64,000 nucleotides of DNA from Octopus sinensis (GCF_006345805.1 NC_043001.1:116436001-116500000), one strand, 5' to 3'; counted from the stretch's first letter, positions 13,330 to 27,158 are shown. The notes: generated by a model from the sequence alone, not told the origin. Program-made: numbers and translations.

Positions 13330-13519
13330 GTGGCTGTGCGATAAAAGGCTCGTTTTCCAACCACATTGTTTCAGGTTCAGTCCCACTGCATGGCACCTTG
13401 GTCAAGTGTCTTCTATTATAGCTTCAGGCTGACCAAAGCAAGTGGATTTGGTATCACGTGTTAATTTGGTAGACAGAAACTGAGAGAAGTCAATTGCATA
13501 TAAATGAGAATGTGTGTGT

Positions 13520-13559
<40 letters not shown>

Positions 13560-13800
13560 TGTGTGTATTGTGTGTATGTGTGTGTGTGTGTGTTTGTCCC
13601 CCACCACAGCTTGATAGCTAGTGTTGGCATGTTTACATCACCACAACTTAGCAGTTTGGCAAAAGAAACTGATAGAATAAATACCAGGCTTCAAAAGAAG
13701 AAAAAATTATTGGGGTCAATTCATTCAACTAAAAAGTCTTCAAGGCTGTGCTCCAGCATGACTACATATAACGACTGAAATAAACAAAAGACAAAAGAGC
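13330..13800 (+). mobile_element. SINE family A (diverged) with expanded (TG)n
   Basis: Head, CORE-like segment, (TG)n and tail present. Confidence 0.8.
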
Positions 13801-13802
13801 TA

Positions 13803-13925
13803 AAAGCCAAATGGAGAGCAAGCCAAATGGAGAGAAGGTCAGCTGGAGAGCAGGCCAAATGGAGAGCAGGCCAAATGGAGAGCAATTCAAATGGAGAGCA
13901 GGCCAACGGGAGAGCGAGTCAGCCT
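13803..13925 (+). repeat. Second short copy (~7 units) of the 16-bp minisatellite
   Basis: aatggagagcaggcca units immediately after the SINE A tail. Confidence 0.9.
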
Positions 13926-15956
13926 GGTATTTTCTCAGGTTCATTACTATTACATAGGCGCATCATTGAAAAAGAAAATTATCGCTGGAGACATGACTGT
14001 GTGAGTTCACTTCCTAATGCAGTTTAGGGTTCAGTCCTACAACACCACACCTTGGGTAAATGTCCACAGGCACAGGCATAGCCGTGTGGTTAAGAAGCTC
14101 ACATTGAACTATGTGATTTTGGGTTCAGTCCTAATGCACAGCACTTTGAGCAAGGGTCTTCTACTATAGCCCCTGACCAACAAAAAGGCTTGGCTTGTGA
14201 GTGGGTTTGGTAAATGAGACTGTAAGAAGCCTCTGTGTGTGTGTATGTGTGAGTGTTGGGATGTGTGTGTTGGTGTGTGTGTGTGTGTGTTGGTGAGTGT
14301 TTGTTGAGATGTGTGTGTGTGTGTTGATGTGCATGTGTGTGTTGGTGTATGTATTTGTTGGTGTGTGTGTTGTGTGTGTGTGTGTGTATGGCTGGCTCTT
14401 GTAGTACTGTCTCACCCATGCTAGTTAAATTATGATTATGATGATGATGATGATGATACAATATTATAGTCTCATAGTAACAAAATTACCAGCTGGTTTT
14501 GTACCAGAAATAAAGAACTCTGACAATCACCATCATCATGATATATAAGCATGTATGTATATATGCAGATGTATAAACAAAGAAAAGAGCATTCGGTATG
14601 TCATGTTGTGAATATAATTTTTGTATAGCAGTTAATAACAGTCATTACCTCAATGTTTCATAGACATTCAAGCGGATTATCTATGATACCATGTAATGAA
14701 TGTGGATATCATTAACTCTCCTAAACAGCAAATACACACATGTATACATGTATGTATATTGGTGGGAGGTAGCAGAATCAGTGTGGATGTATCAAACAAA
14801 TCCACCTTTAGACATTTTGTTGCATCCCTTTATGCCCCAGTTCACTTTGTCCCACTTTCTAATGTCAATAAAATAAACACCAAATGAAGTAATAAAATCA
14901 ATATAATTTACTTAAAACCCTTGAAAGTGGAGTCCCAGCATGGCCATAGTCCAGAGACTCTAACCAATGAAATAATAAAAATAAAATCAAATAGAATACA
15001 AATGCCACAGTCTGCAAGTATGGAAGCCTTGATGTGGTCACTCAACATGTTAAAAATAGTGGGCAAGTTTCTTATTATCTTTTTAAAAGACAAGATGATC
15101 ACAACTGGAACATCTTTGATCATGGACTTGCTTGTATTAGAACTTACTAAGGGCTAAACAATACTACTGCTGGTGTCACAACCAACACGTTTGTACTCAG
15201 TTAAACACAATCCTTTCTTTAGTATTTCTGCCACTAATTGGACATTGAACAAGCTATAAAGGTTATTGTCATTACTGACAAGGATCATTCTACACTACTG
15301 GTTTTCATTTTTTTTTTAAAGTTTTTATATTCTAACATTTTAATGCTGTTTTTATTGCTTTTTTTTGTGTTTTACATTCAATTTAAATGATTGAAAGATG
15401 AAAAATGTCAAATGTGCTTTCAACAAGAGCTGACTATTAGAAATATTTCCGGCCCAATCTGTGCGAATTAGATAACATAGATGTGCGCAGATAGAGACAT
15501 GCAGGCAGGGAGCTAGATAGGTGGGGAGAAATAGAAACATATATACATATATATCTATTTCGATACACACACATATATATAATGTGGTATATAGAAGTAT
15601 GCATCCTGGACAGGACAATGAACTGCATCCGGTGATGAGACTCAAGTTCAGGAATTTTGGATAGTATGAAGTTACTCAATGGTTAGCACAACTCCCAATG
15701 CTGCTTTGGCCCACCCGCCTGCCCACCCACCCATCCGTCCGTCTGTCCATACATACATACATACATCTATATATACGATGGGCTTCTTTCAGTTTCCAAC
15801 CACCAAATCCACTCACAAGGCTTTGGTCAGCCTGAGGCTATAGAAGATACTTGCCCAAGGTGCCATGCAGTGGGAATGAACCCGGAACCCTGTGGTTGGT
15901 AAGCAAGCTACTTACTACAAAGCCACTCACACATATGTGCATGTACATACATACAT

Positions 15957-15991
<35 letters not shown>

Positions 15992-16673
15992 AAAGATATG
16001 TAGACATCGATGATGATGATGATGATGATGATGATGGTGTGTGTGTATACACAGAGACATAAACATAGATCAGCATCATCATTTTTGCATTCAATTTCCA
16101 TATTTGCATACATTGGATGAGACATTTTGAGGCAGTGTTTTATGGATAGATATCATTCCTGATGCCTATTGCTTACCTCTTATAACCAGTGTACCTATTC
16201 TAAAAGAAAAAACAAGAACATGAGGTTGCAAGGTGAGGGGATTTCATCTGATGTCCTAGCACTTCTGAAATTTACTTATTAACCTTAAATGGATGTGAGG
16301 CAAAGTTAACTTTGGCTGGATTTGAAACCAGGGCGCAGAGAGTCAGAACAAGTATCCACATGGCATTAACAATGACAAGGATTCAGGTTGATCCAATCAA
16401 TAGAAGTGGCTGAGCACTCCACAGACACATGTGCCCTTAACATAGTTCTCAGAGAGATTCAGGATGACACAGAATGTGACAAGGCTGACCTTTTGAAATA
16501 CAGGTACTACTCATTTTTGCCAGCTGAGGGAACTGGAACAATATCAAGTAAAGTGTCTTGCTCAAGGACACAACACACTCTCAAGAGTCAAACTCATGTT
16601 CTTACAATCATGAGTCAAATACCCAAACCATTAACTCACACTCTTTGGCAGAATTTAATCTGCAGCTTTAAAA

Positions 16674-16903
16674 GGCGGCGAGCTGGCAGAAACATTAGCA
16701 CGCCAAGCGAAATGCTTAGCGGTATTTCGTCTACCATTATGTTCTGAGTTCAAATTTCGCCGAGGTCGACTTTGCCTTTCAATCTTTCGGGATCGATAAA
16801 TTAAGTACCAGTTACACACTGCGGTCGATGTAATCGACTTAATCCCTTTGTCTGTCCTTGTTTGTCCCCTCTATGTTTAGCCCCTTGTGTGCAATACAGA
16901 AAT
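16674..16903 (+). mobile_element. SINE family B (Meta-domain-like), full length
   Basis: ggcggcgagctggcagaa head, gagttcaaattt B box, gactttgcctttcaatctttcgggatcgataaattaagtaccag. Confidence 0.88.
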
Positions 16904-17029
16904 AAAAAAATAAAAAAATCTGCCACTTTAATGATAGTTAATTCACTGCAGAAGGAAATGCTTTGAAAAAACTATGAACATATTTTGTATACCAACCTCT
17001 CCTCTACAATTCAATTTTCATAACTATCT

Positions 17030-17412
17030 TCACCTATGGTCATGAATGTTGGGCAAACGACCAAAAGAATCCAATCATGAATCCAAACAACTGAAATGGG
17101 GTTCCTCAAAAGGATCTATGAAGTGATGTTACTCAAAAAAGGGGATAAGTCAAAGATTAGGGAACTCTCCTGATTGAGCCATTACTTCTATACATCGAGA
17201 GGATACAGTTCCAGTAATATGGACATATGATTAGTATGTCACATAAAAGAATCACAAGACAGAGTCTTCAAGCCAAGCCAGCCAATAGGAGACCAAGGAG
17301 TAGATCAAGAAAGGGATGGTTGGATAATATCCATTGTCTCAGTTGGTAATGCTTGGGAATCCAGCTACAAAGTCTAATGACAGATGCTTCTGACAGAATG
17401 CTATGGAGGAGA
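17030..17412 (+). mobile_element. RTE-type LINE ORF C-terminal relic
   Basis: TEMGFLKRI...YGHMISM...RPRSRSRKGWLDNI...ASDRMLWRR with stops and frameshifts. Confidence 0.7.
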
Positions 17413-17419
17413 TACTCTA

Positions 17420-17770
17420 CCTTCATGAATAGTGATCAGAGAAAATGGATGGATAGATACTGTATATTATATCCAACCAAAAGCAAATATATGGGGAAAC
17501 TACCACCTGTGTCATCTCTTGTGAAAGGTAGAAGAGTCCAGTTTGCTGGACATTGTTGTAGAGCTGAAAACGAGGCAATTTCTACTCTTCTCCTCTGGAA
17601 GCCATCTACTCGCGATTCCAGAGGGTGCACACTCTCCTACCCTGGTGTAATCTCCAGGGATACAGGCATCCAGCAACAGGACCTCCGTAATGCTATGATG
17701 GACTGTGAAGTCTGGCGTAGCATGGTAAATTCCATTGTCTCGACCACGGTCAAACAATGATGATGATGAG
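17420..17770 (+). mobile_element. RTE/RTEX-type LINE 3' end with (TGA)n tail
   Basis: RRVQFAGHCCRAENEAISTLLLWKP...DTGIQQQDLRNAMMDCEVWR, then stop and tgatgatga. Confidence 0.8.
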
Positions 17771-17953
17771 TGTATAGCAGTCAATACATCACCTTTTAAT
17801 CATCAAAGTTCTTGTCATTAGTATTACTTGTGTTATTTGTTTTGTTATATTCTACTGTTATTTATGCAAATCCTTCTTGTCAAATAAAAATCCCAATTCT
17901 TTATTCTGGAAGTAAAACTGTAATTTCTTATCTACAGGCAAGCCGAGATCAAT

Positions 17954-17995
17954 ATTATGCTGATGAGGTTTAACAGATCAAAACATGTCCATAAT
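17954..17995 (+). ncRNA. Minimal type I hammerhead, G12A (probably inactive)
   Basis: attatg, ctgatga, ggtt(taaca)gatc, aaaa, catg, tc, cataat: perfect 6-bp stem I, palindromic acatgt stem III, GUC site. Confidence 0.65.
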
Positions 17996-18289
17996 TATCC
18001 TTCAGACTGTCCTTACATGCATAAATAATATGTCTCTTTTCCAACATAATTTACGTGTATGTGTGTGCATATGTGTGTGTGCATGTATGTATACATACAC
18101 CAACATCCCCTCACTACACAAACACAATGTGCACAAATCTACGTAGACACTTCTCCTATTCTTATACAAGTGGAAAATAAAGTGTATTTTAAGAATAAAA
18201 CATATGAGTTCTACTTTGCCTCCTATTACTTATCAATATATAATGGTTAGGGTGTTAAAAGATTACATATCTTCTACATTTGCAGAAGT

Positions 18290-18454
18290 GGTGCAGGAGT
18301 GGCTGTGTGGTAAGTAGCTTGTTTACCAACCACATGGTTCTGGGTTCAGTCCCACTGCATAGCACCTTGGGCAAGAGTCTTCTACTATAGCCTCGGGCCA
18401 ACCAAAGCCTTGTGAGTGGATTTGGTAGACGGAAACTGAAAGAAGCCTGTCGAA

Positions 18455-18513
<59 letters not shown>

Positions 18514-18722
18514 CTGTGTTTGTCCCCCCAGCATCACTTGACAACCGATGCTGGTGTGTTTTTGTCCCCGTAACTTAGCAGTTCAGCAAAAGAGACCAAT
18601 AGAATAAGTACTAGGCCTACAAAGAATAAGTCCTGGTGTTGATTTGCTCAACTAAAAGTGGTACTCCAGCATGGCCACGGTCAAGTGACTGCAAGAAGTA
18701 AAAGAGTAAATATGTAAAAGAG
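18290..18722 (+). mobile_element. SINE family A
   Basis: Full-length copy. Confidence 0.9.
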
Positions 18723-19375
18723 TATATATGTCTATTGTTCTCATGTATATGGCAAGAACCACCCGCAAAGTCTAAGTGTATAGCTACTACTGTCACCAAA
18801 TTTCACACATGCGGCCACATACCAAAGTCCATGTATAGAGAACAGCACAAACTTATTTAGGACAGCCACACTTTCAGGCAGTTTCAGTTGTTGTTGTTTA
18901 ACCCCAGCTTGTCAACACTGATCCAGCAGACCTCTAATGCAAGGAAATCAAGTCTTGACCAGTACCTCTTTTTCCCAAACACAATGTATTTAGAACAACA
19001 TTATCTATGTTGTTTTTAAAATACCTGTAAAGAACAATTTGAGGAAGATAGGTCTATTATTTTTAGCATATTCAGTGACCATGTTTGTCCTTCAAGCTGA
19101 AGATGAGCTCTTGTTACACAACAGTAAATGCTTGAAAATATTTTATTATCTTCATTAACCATTATCTTTTACTGGTTTCAGTCATTGGATTGCGGCCATG
19201 CTGAGGCACTGCCTTGAAGGGTTTAGTCAGACAAACTGATACCAGTACTTATTTTTATAAGTCTAGTATTTATTCTATTGGTCACTTTTGCCAAACCACT
19301 AAGTTATGAACATGTAAATAAATCAACACTAGGGGTCAAATAATAGGTGGGAGGAACAAACATAAACACAAAGAC

Positions 19376-19962
19376 ATCATCATCATCATCATCATCGTTT
19401 AACGTCCGCTTTCCATGCTAGCATGGGTTGGACGATTTTGACTGAGGACTGGCAAACCAGATGGCTGCAGCAGGCTCCAGTCTTGATCTGGCAGAGTTTC
19501 TACAGCTGAATGCCCTTCCTAACGCCAACCACTCTGAGAGTGTAGTGGCTGCTCTTTACGTGCCACCGGCACGGGGGCCAGTCAGGCAGTACTGGCAATG
19601 ACCTCGCTCAAATCTTTTTACGCATGCCACTGGCACAGGTACCAGTGAAGCGACGTTGGTAACAATCATGCTTGAATGGTGCCCTTTTACATGCCACGGG
19701 TACGGAAGCCAGTTGGCTGCTCTTGCAACGATCATGCTCGGATGGTGCTCTTGGCACCCTACTAGCACAGGCATGAGTGCCAGTAAGGCGATGCTGGTAA
19801 CGATCATACCCGAATAGCTGCTCTGTCAATGATCACACTCGTATGGTGATCTTTGCACCCTGCTAGCACAGATGCCAGTCCTTGAATTGATTTTGATTTT
19901 GATTACACTTGCCTCAACAGGCAAGCAGAGTTTAGTGACAAAAGAAGGAAAAGGTACGCATA
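19376..19962 (-). mobile_element. RTE LINE 3' UTR (long) with (ATG)n tail
   Basis: (cat)n-cgtttaacgtccgc start, ggatgcccttcc-type motif, ~60-bp subrepeats. Confidence 0.85.
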
Positions 19963-20652
19963 AGATCAGGGCTACATATGTTTCGTAGAGGGTGGGGGCC
20001 TCAGAAGTTGAAAAATCCAAGTGAGGTGTATATCGACAGCTACTCTTTAGACCAAGGATAACTTGATCAAATTAAAGGTTACATTGACACAAGGATGTCT
20101 ATGGACATACATACATACATATATATATATGTGTGTGTGTGTATATATATGTATATATATGTATATGTGTGTGTATGTGTGTGTGTGTATATATGTATAT
20201 ATATATACACACGCACACACACATGATGTGCTCCCACACAGTTACTGGCAACTAAATCCACTTACATGCCTATAACAGAAGACACATGCCTAAGGTGCTG
20301 CAAAATGGGATTGGACATCAGAAATCACACAGTTGCAAAATGTGCCTCTTAATCACACAGCCATCTGTACCCTTATTATCTACACATTTCAGATAATTGT
20401 GAGAAACTTTTAGGATCTGCAGATTTTATTGCCACCAACTGGTATCGGTATTTAGTTATCATCAGTAGGAGGATGTTTGTCTTGTTAATTGTTACCCTGT
20501 CTGTTCATACAAATGGACAGTGACCAAAGCATCACCGTAGTGTTGTCATAAGCCAAGCGCACGGAGAGCAGTTGCCTGGAGCCACAACAGACATAGGACA
20601 GAATCCCTATTCTACTCCATGTATGGTTTGATGAAAGCAAATGAATGCTACA

Positions 20653-21060
20653 GGCGCAGGAGTGGCTGTGTGGTAAGTAGCTTGCTGACCAACCACATGG
20701 TTCCGGGTTCAGTCCCACTGCATGGCATCTTGGGCAAGTGTCTTCTGCTATAGCCCCGGGCCGACCAATGCCTTGTGAGAAGATTTGATAGACGGAAACT
20801 GAAAGAAGCCTGTCGTATATATGTATATATATATATATATGTGTGTGTGTGTATATATTTGTGTGTCTGTGTTTGTCCCCCTAGCATTGCTTGACAACCG
20901 ATGCTGGTGTGTTTACGTCCCCGTCACTTAGCGGTTCGGCAAAAGAGACCGATAGAATAAGTACTGGGCTTACAAAGAATAAGTCCCGGGGTCGAGTTGC
21001 TCGACTAAAGGCGGTGCTCCAGCATGGCCGCAGTCAAATGACTGAAACAAGTAAAAGAGA
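20653..21060 (+). mobile_element. SINE family A (young)
   Basis: Near-consensus, CpG-retaining copy. Confidence 0.92.
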
Positions 21061-21279
21061 GGTATCAGTGCATTACTTTATAGCAACATTATAGTTGTTA
21101 TCTTGGTCCTGGGTCACTAATAATGTGTCCAGGAAGGGACTCCACACCCTATATGCCTGAGATTCAGAATTTTATTAGACCCTTCTTCAGTTTAGTAAGC
21201 CACCTCCTGGATGAGATTGCACTAGCCTGATCTCTCACTAAAAGCTACACACATATATGCTTGCATGCAGATACATGCA

Positions 21280-21317
<38 letters not shown>

Positions 21318-21318
<1 letters not shown>

Positions 21319-21525
21319 TCTCTTTTACTCTCTCTTTTACATGTTTCAGTCATTTGACTGTGGTCATGCTGGAGCACCACCTTTAGTCGAGCAAATCGAC
21401 CCCAGTACTTATTCTTTGTAAGCCTAGTACTTATTCTATCAGTCTCTTTTGCTGAACCGCTAAGTTACGGGGACGTAAACACACTAGCATTGGTTGGAGT
21501 GGGGGAGACAAACACAGACACACAA

Positions 21526-21595
<70 letters not shown>

Positions 21596-21770
21596 ACATA
21601 TATACGACGGGCTTCTTTCAGTTTCCGTCTACCAAATCCACTCACAAGGCTTTGGTCAGCCTGAGGCTATAATAGAAGACACTTGCCCAAGGTGCCACGC
21701 AGTGGGACTGAACCCAGAACCATGTGGTTGGTAAGCAAGCTACTTACCACACTTAGCCACTCCTACGCCT
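21318..21770 (-). mobile_element. SINE family A
   Basis: Full-length copy. Confidence 0.92.
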
Positions 21771-22068
21771 ATATATAAGATTCTGTTGAATTAGGCACTT
21801 AAATTGAGGCACCTTGCAAGTTCAGTATAATCCGCACACCCAAACAATATCAATTGAATATTGAATATCAAGACTCCATGCAGGGGTGTTTGTACACCTG
21901 ATATTTCTGCTATGTGTGCAACAACACAACCCAGCTAAGTGAAGATATTTGCTCTTGGTAATTCAGACATGTACTTTTTATAAAGGTGCTTTCTTTAATA
22001 TTTCCAAAGTGCAGATTCCAGGTTAGGTGAATTTATATATTTATATATATATATATATATTTTTTTTT

Positions 22069-22342
22069 GTGACCGACCAGACCATCAGATGTTGTTACAC
22101 ATCGCTGGTCACAATGCATTCGCATTGTTTTAGTCTTTGAATGACGCCACCCCGCTGGCTAAGCGAGCAGGCTAACAGAGGAAAGAGTGGGAGAAACAGT
22201 GGTGAAAGAGTACAGCAGGGATCACCGCCCCCTGCCGGAGCCTCATGGAGCTTTTAGGTGTTTTCGCTCAATAAACACACACAACGCCCGGTCTGGGAAT
22301 CGAAACCGCGATCCTCCGACCGCGAGTCCGCTGCCCTAACCA
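22069..22342 (-). mobile_element. SINE family C head with alternative tail
   Basis: Head matches 39771 and 44204 copies (gcggactcgcggtcg, ggtttcgattcccagaccggg) but the 3' part is unrelated to them. Confidence 0.8.
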
Positions 22343-22589
22343 CATGGACACAGAGAGAAAATAGACAGTAAGAACGTGAGGCCAACAAAATATAAAAAGG
22401 AGACACAAAAAAGGCCAAACAGCAAGTTAATAAGGATTATGTATATGTTTTTACCTACTATACATTTACACATACACACACACACATAATTATGCATTAT
22501 ACATACATATATACACACACACACACGTACACATATAATATGTAAGTATATATTTTTTATCCTTTATTGTTATTTTAAATAAATTGTAC

Positions 22590-22767
22590 ATAAGTCTGGT
22601 AGTAAGAAGCTTGCTTCCCAACCACATGGTTCTGGGTTCAGTCTCAGTGCATGGCACCTTGGGCAAATGTCTTCTACTATAACCGCAGGCCAACCACAGC
22701 AGATCAGGTATATGGAAACTGAAAGAAGCCTATCATGTGTGTGTGTGTGCACGTGTATGCCTGCATG

Positions 22768-22810
<43 letters not shown>

Positions 22811-23035
22811 ATGTGCATGCATACATGTGACTGTTTATGTGTTTGTCCCACACCACAACTTAACAACCAGTGCCGTTATGTTTACATCCCTGAAACTTAG
22901 CAATTCGGCAAAAGAAACTGAAAGAATAAGTACAAGGCTTTACAAAAAAATAATGAGTATTGAGGTCAATTCATTGAACTATAATTTTTCAAGGCAATGC
23001 CCCAGTAGGGCCACAATCTAATGACAAGCACATAA
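22590..23035 (+). mobile_element. SINE family A (diverged)
   Basis: Head, (TG)n and tail recognisable. Confidence 0.75.
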
Positions 23036-23164
23036 AAGAAGTGTGTTTATGTGGGTGAATGCACAGAAATATGTATTACACAGGGAAGTATAGACTTATG
23101 TGTATATAAACATCACATATATATATATATATTATATGTATTATATATATATATATATTATATA

Positions 23165-23292
23165 TAATAATAATAATAATAATAAAACATTGTATACAGT
23201 GCTCAGGTGCACTACAACTCATCTAAAGTGTATATATAATCAGGTGTAGTTTCGGCGGATTTCGGAAAGCATGAGGGCCTTAAAGGATGCAG
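23165..23292 (-). mobile_element. CR1-type LINE extreme 3' end with (TTA)n tail
   Basis: Matches the end of 50337-50712 (gtgcacctgagcactgtatacaat). Confidence 0.75.
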
Positions 23293-23817
23293 TATATATA
23301 TATACGCACACACTTACACACACACACACATACATGCACAGAGAAAGAGTGAAGGAATAAGAAATAGAAAGGAAAAGTTTGGGATAAATTACTTCGTGTG
23401 TGTATATATACATATGTATGTATAGACACACACACACACACACACACACACATATGTATAGTAAGAAAAGTGTCAAATGATTCTCCAAGTAGAAAAAGTC
23501 TGTGGAAGGGGAAGACCAAAGTAAACATGGAAAAATGTAGTGAAAGCTATTTTTAAAAGGCAGGACGACAGAATTCTACAAAGAAGCCGACAAAAGACTG
23601 CAACAAGTGGTGGTGATACACTGTGCTATGAACCTATGCCGGCATGGTAAAAGATCCATCAAACCTATGCCGGCGTGGTAAAATAGATGTTAAAAGATAA
23701 CAATAAGGAGGATATATGTACTGCATCTGAGCAATATATACAATAAGCTCAATGTATGCACACACACTTGTGTAATTCATGCAACCATTTACTTACAACG
23801 ATGTATGAATCACACAC

Positions 23818-23854
<37 letters not shown>

Positions 23855-24277
23855 CTGCACCTGAGTGCTATATACAATAAGCTCATTATTATATGCACGT
23901 GTGTACACTTGTATAAGTCACACATCTATATACATACAACAATGTATGAATCATACACACACACACACAAACACATGAAAATGAAAGAGAGCGAAAATTA
24001 AGAACGAGTGTTTTAATATGTATTAAAGCACTACACTCTATACTAGTGTAGTGTTTTATGTATATATATATATCATATATCAGATAATTTTTTCGATAGT
24101 GACTTCAAAGTTTCAACAAGTGTGTTTTTTTTTCAAACTGATCGCTCGGATAAACAGCAAAGTCAATGAAGCTTTCAAGTCACTTTCATTACAATTATGC
24201 TCCCTCCATACACACAAGCATACTTTTAAGGCTTTAATTAGTTCTACCCAGTATGCTGTGGTCACACTGGAGCTCTA

Positions 24278-24278
<1 letters not shown>

Positions 24279-24324
<46 letters not shown>

Positions 24325-24521
24325 CATACATACATACATACATACATACATACATGCATACATACATACATACATACATACATTCATACATACATACATA
24401 CATACATACATACATACATACATACCATACATACATACATACATACATACATGCATACATACATACATACATTACATACATACATTACAAACATACATGC
24501 ATACATATATACATACATACA

Positions 24522-24552
<31 letters not shown>

Positions 24553-24690
24553 CATACATACATACATACATACATACATTACATACATACATACATACAT
24601 TACATACATACATTACAAACATACATGCATACATATATACATACATACATACATACAGACAGACAGACAGACAGACAGATGTACATACAT
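24279..24690 (+). repeat. (GATA)n/(CATA)n microsatellite
   Basis: Direct reading. Confidence 0.97.
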
Positions 24691-25150
24691 TACAACAATG
24701 AACATTTATAGATAAATTCATTCATACAAAAGTCTGTGATTTTACACATAGAAACGTACACGCACCCTTTTTTTTTTTCCAGTAACATAGCATTTTTTCT
24801 TTTGTTTATTGTTTGTTCCATAAACAAACAACAACAACAACAACAGCAAAACTAATAATGATGTAAACAAGAAATGCCAATAAAAAGAAAACAAAAAAAA
24901 AAAGAAACTCACAATTGTTCAAAATTCACAGTTGTTCCAGATTGGATGTAAAGATAGAGGAAATCATAACAATTAACTGGGAAACAGATGTATAACTGTA
25001 TATAATAGCAGCTGATGACAATTACCACAGTAGTAGTAGTAGTAGTAGTAGCAGTCCGAGAAGCCTGTGGTGGACACGCAATGTTGTGTTCTTGTTAAAG
25101 TTAGTTTTAGATTGTTGTGAAAGTGAGTGCCAGGCAGTGATATGTGAGAG

Positions 25151-25202
25151 GGAAGTCACATGATGGCGGTGATGGAATTGACTATGTGCAAAAGAACCGG
25201 AA
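25151..25202. promoter_or_regulatory. Candidate promoter motif cluster (ETS, E-box, YY1)
   Basis: GGAAGTCACATGATGGCGG overlaps GGAAGT, CACATG and ATGGCGG; CCGGAA at 25197-25202; non-repetitive context. Confidence 0.35.
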
Positions 25203-25220
25203 TACGTATATGTGTGTGTA

Positions 25221-25261
<41 letters not shown>

Positions 25262-26260
25262 ATGATGTGAAAGAGCAAGTGTGACAGAGAGAGAGAGAGA
25301 GAGAGAGAACAGAGAGGAAATGATTACATATAGAGAGAAAGAGAGAGATAGCAGAGATGAATGGATGGATAAGGCAAGATGCTGGTGATAGGTTGTGAAA
25401 TGGAGATGCTTATGTGATCAGAGTGAAGTAAGTAAATTTGGAAAAGTTCCTACACTGTGGCAGGAGACATGGGGATTCCAAATTTATAAAGTACCCAAAT
25501 GAAATTTTGCCAATAAGGACTCTGGGGTTGGGTATATATATATATATATAAGTCCCGGGGTCGAGTTGCTCAATTAAAGGCGGTACTCCAGCATGGCTGC
25601 AGTCAAATGACTGAAACAAGTAAAAGAGTAAAAGAGGAATATACACACACACACACACTTACACAAACATACACACACACACAGAGCTTCGGTCGAACCG
25701 TCGAACCCATGCCAGCATGGAAAATGGATGTTAAATGATGATGATAATGGTGATGATGATGATGATATTTATATTTTATGATTATAATAGTAGGAATCAT
25801 GTATGACTTTTATTTAACCACAGGTCAGCTTAGATTATACAAACTTATGATCAGATGACATTCCAACCATGACCATCCTATCAGGCTTTTTTTCTTCATA
25901 CATTGTGTAATCTAGAACTATATTACACAATATTGTTCAATGCGACCTCTCCTTTCTTGTAAGATTGTAAGGGTTCTGATATGAGGGAAATATTTAGCTG
26001 CTATTTCTAGCAGGTCGAGTCACTGTTTTACTCTTATTGTATCCCAATTTCCTTGGACTGACTTTTATTCACATCTTCAATTTTTACTATAAATGTATAT
26101 ATATGTACGTAAATGCATGCACAAGTGTGTGTGTGTATATGTAAGTGACATTCTTATATTAGTGTGTGATAATCACATATGCTTGTGTGTATGTGTGACT
26201 GTGACTCCCCCACAATCATCACTATACATCTGTGACATTCTCTGTTTTTCTATCTATCAG

Positions 26261-26305
<45 letters not shown>

Positions 26306-26618
26306 TGTGTGTGTGTGGTAGAATGACTTTGACTTTTTACTGAGTTTTGTGTAAATACTATAATACTATAAATACTAATTTTGCTTACATCTACAAAAAT
26401 GTTGAAAATATAAGGAAATGGAGAGAGAAAAAGAGAAGGAAGGAGGGAGGGAGGGAGGGAGAAGGAGTGGATTTTAAGCAAGTGAGTGTATGAGATAAGA
26501 AAGTAGTGAAAAAGGAAGAGAATAAGTGAAATAAGAGAAACGGTGAAACAGAAGAGAGTGGAACAGAGTAAGAAGGAAGGAGGGAAGATGTGAGAATTCT
26601 ACAGCACGTCAAGAGAGG

Positions 26619-26627
26619 AAAGAAGGA

Positions 26628-26675
<48 letters not shown>

Positions 26676-27158
26676 AGGAAAGAAAGAAAGAAGGAAAGAA
26701 AGAAGGAAAGAAAATAGAAAGACAGAAAGAAAGAAGGAAAGAAAATAGAAAGAAAGAAAGAAAGAAAATAGAAAGAAAGAAAATAGAAAGAAAGAAAGAA
26801 AGAAGGAAAGAAAGAAAGAAAGAAAGAAGGAAAGAAAGAAAGAAAGAAAGAAAATAGAAAGAAAGAAAGACAGAAAAAAGGAAAGAAAATAGAAAGAAAA
26901 TAGAAGGAAAGAAAGAAAGACAGAAAGAAGGAAAGAAAATAGAAGGAAAGAAAATAGAAAGAAAGAAAGAAGGAAAGAAAGAAGGAAAGAAAATAGAAAG
27001 AAAGAAAATAGAAAGAAAGAACAATAGAAAAGAAAGAAAAATATAAAAGAAAGACAGAAAAAAAGAAAGAAAAATAGAAAAGAAAGAAAAACAGAAATGA
27101 AAAATAGAAAAGAAAGACAGAAAAAAGAAAGAAAAATAGAAAAGAAAGAAAGAAAAGA
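26619..27158 (+). repeat. (AAAG)n-rich polypurine tract
   Basis: Direct reading; source of the 315-aa FLS-rich ORF. Confidence 0.97.

Noticed and set aside
14649-14720. 72-nt segment with good minus-strand splice sites
   Set aside because: Stops in all three frames; could only be a UTR exon and nothing else supports it.
16177-16199. 23-nt micro-exon candidate
   Set aside because: The donor lies within a decayed RTE-tail-like repeat.
19960-20010. gaaa-catatg-ta on the minus strand (HHR 3' half)
   Set aside because: No CUGANGA core or stem I partner upstream.
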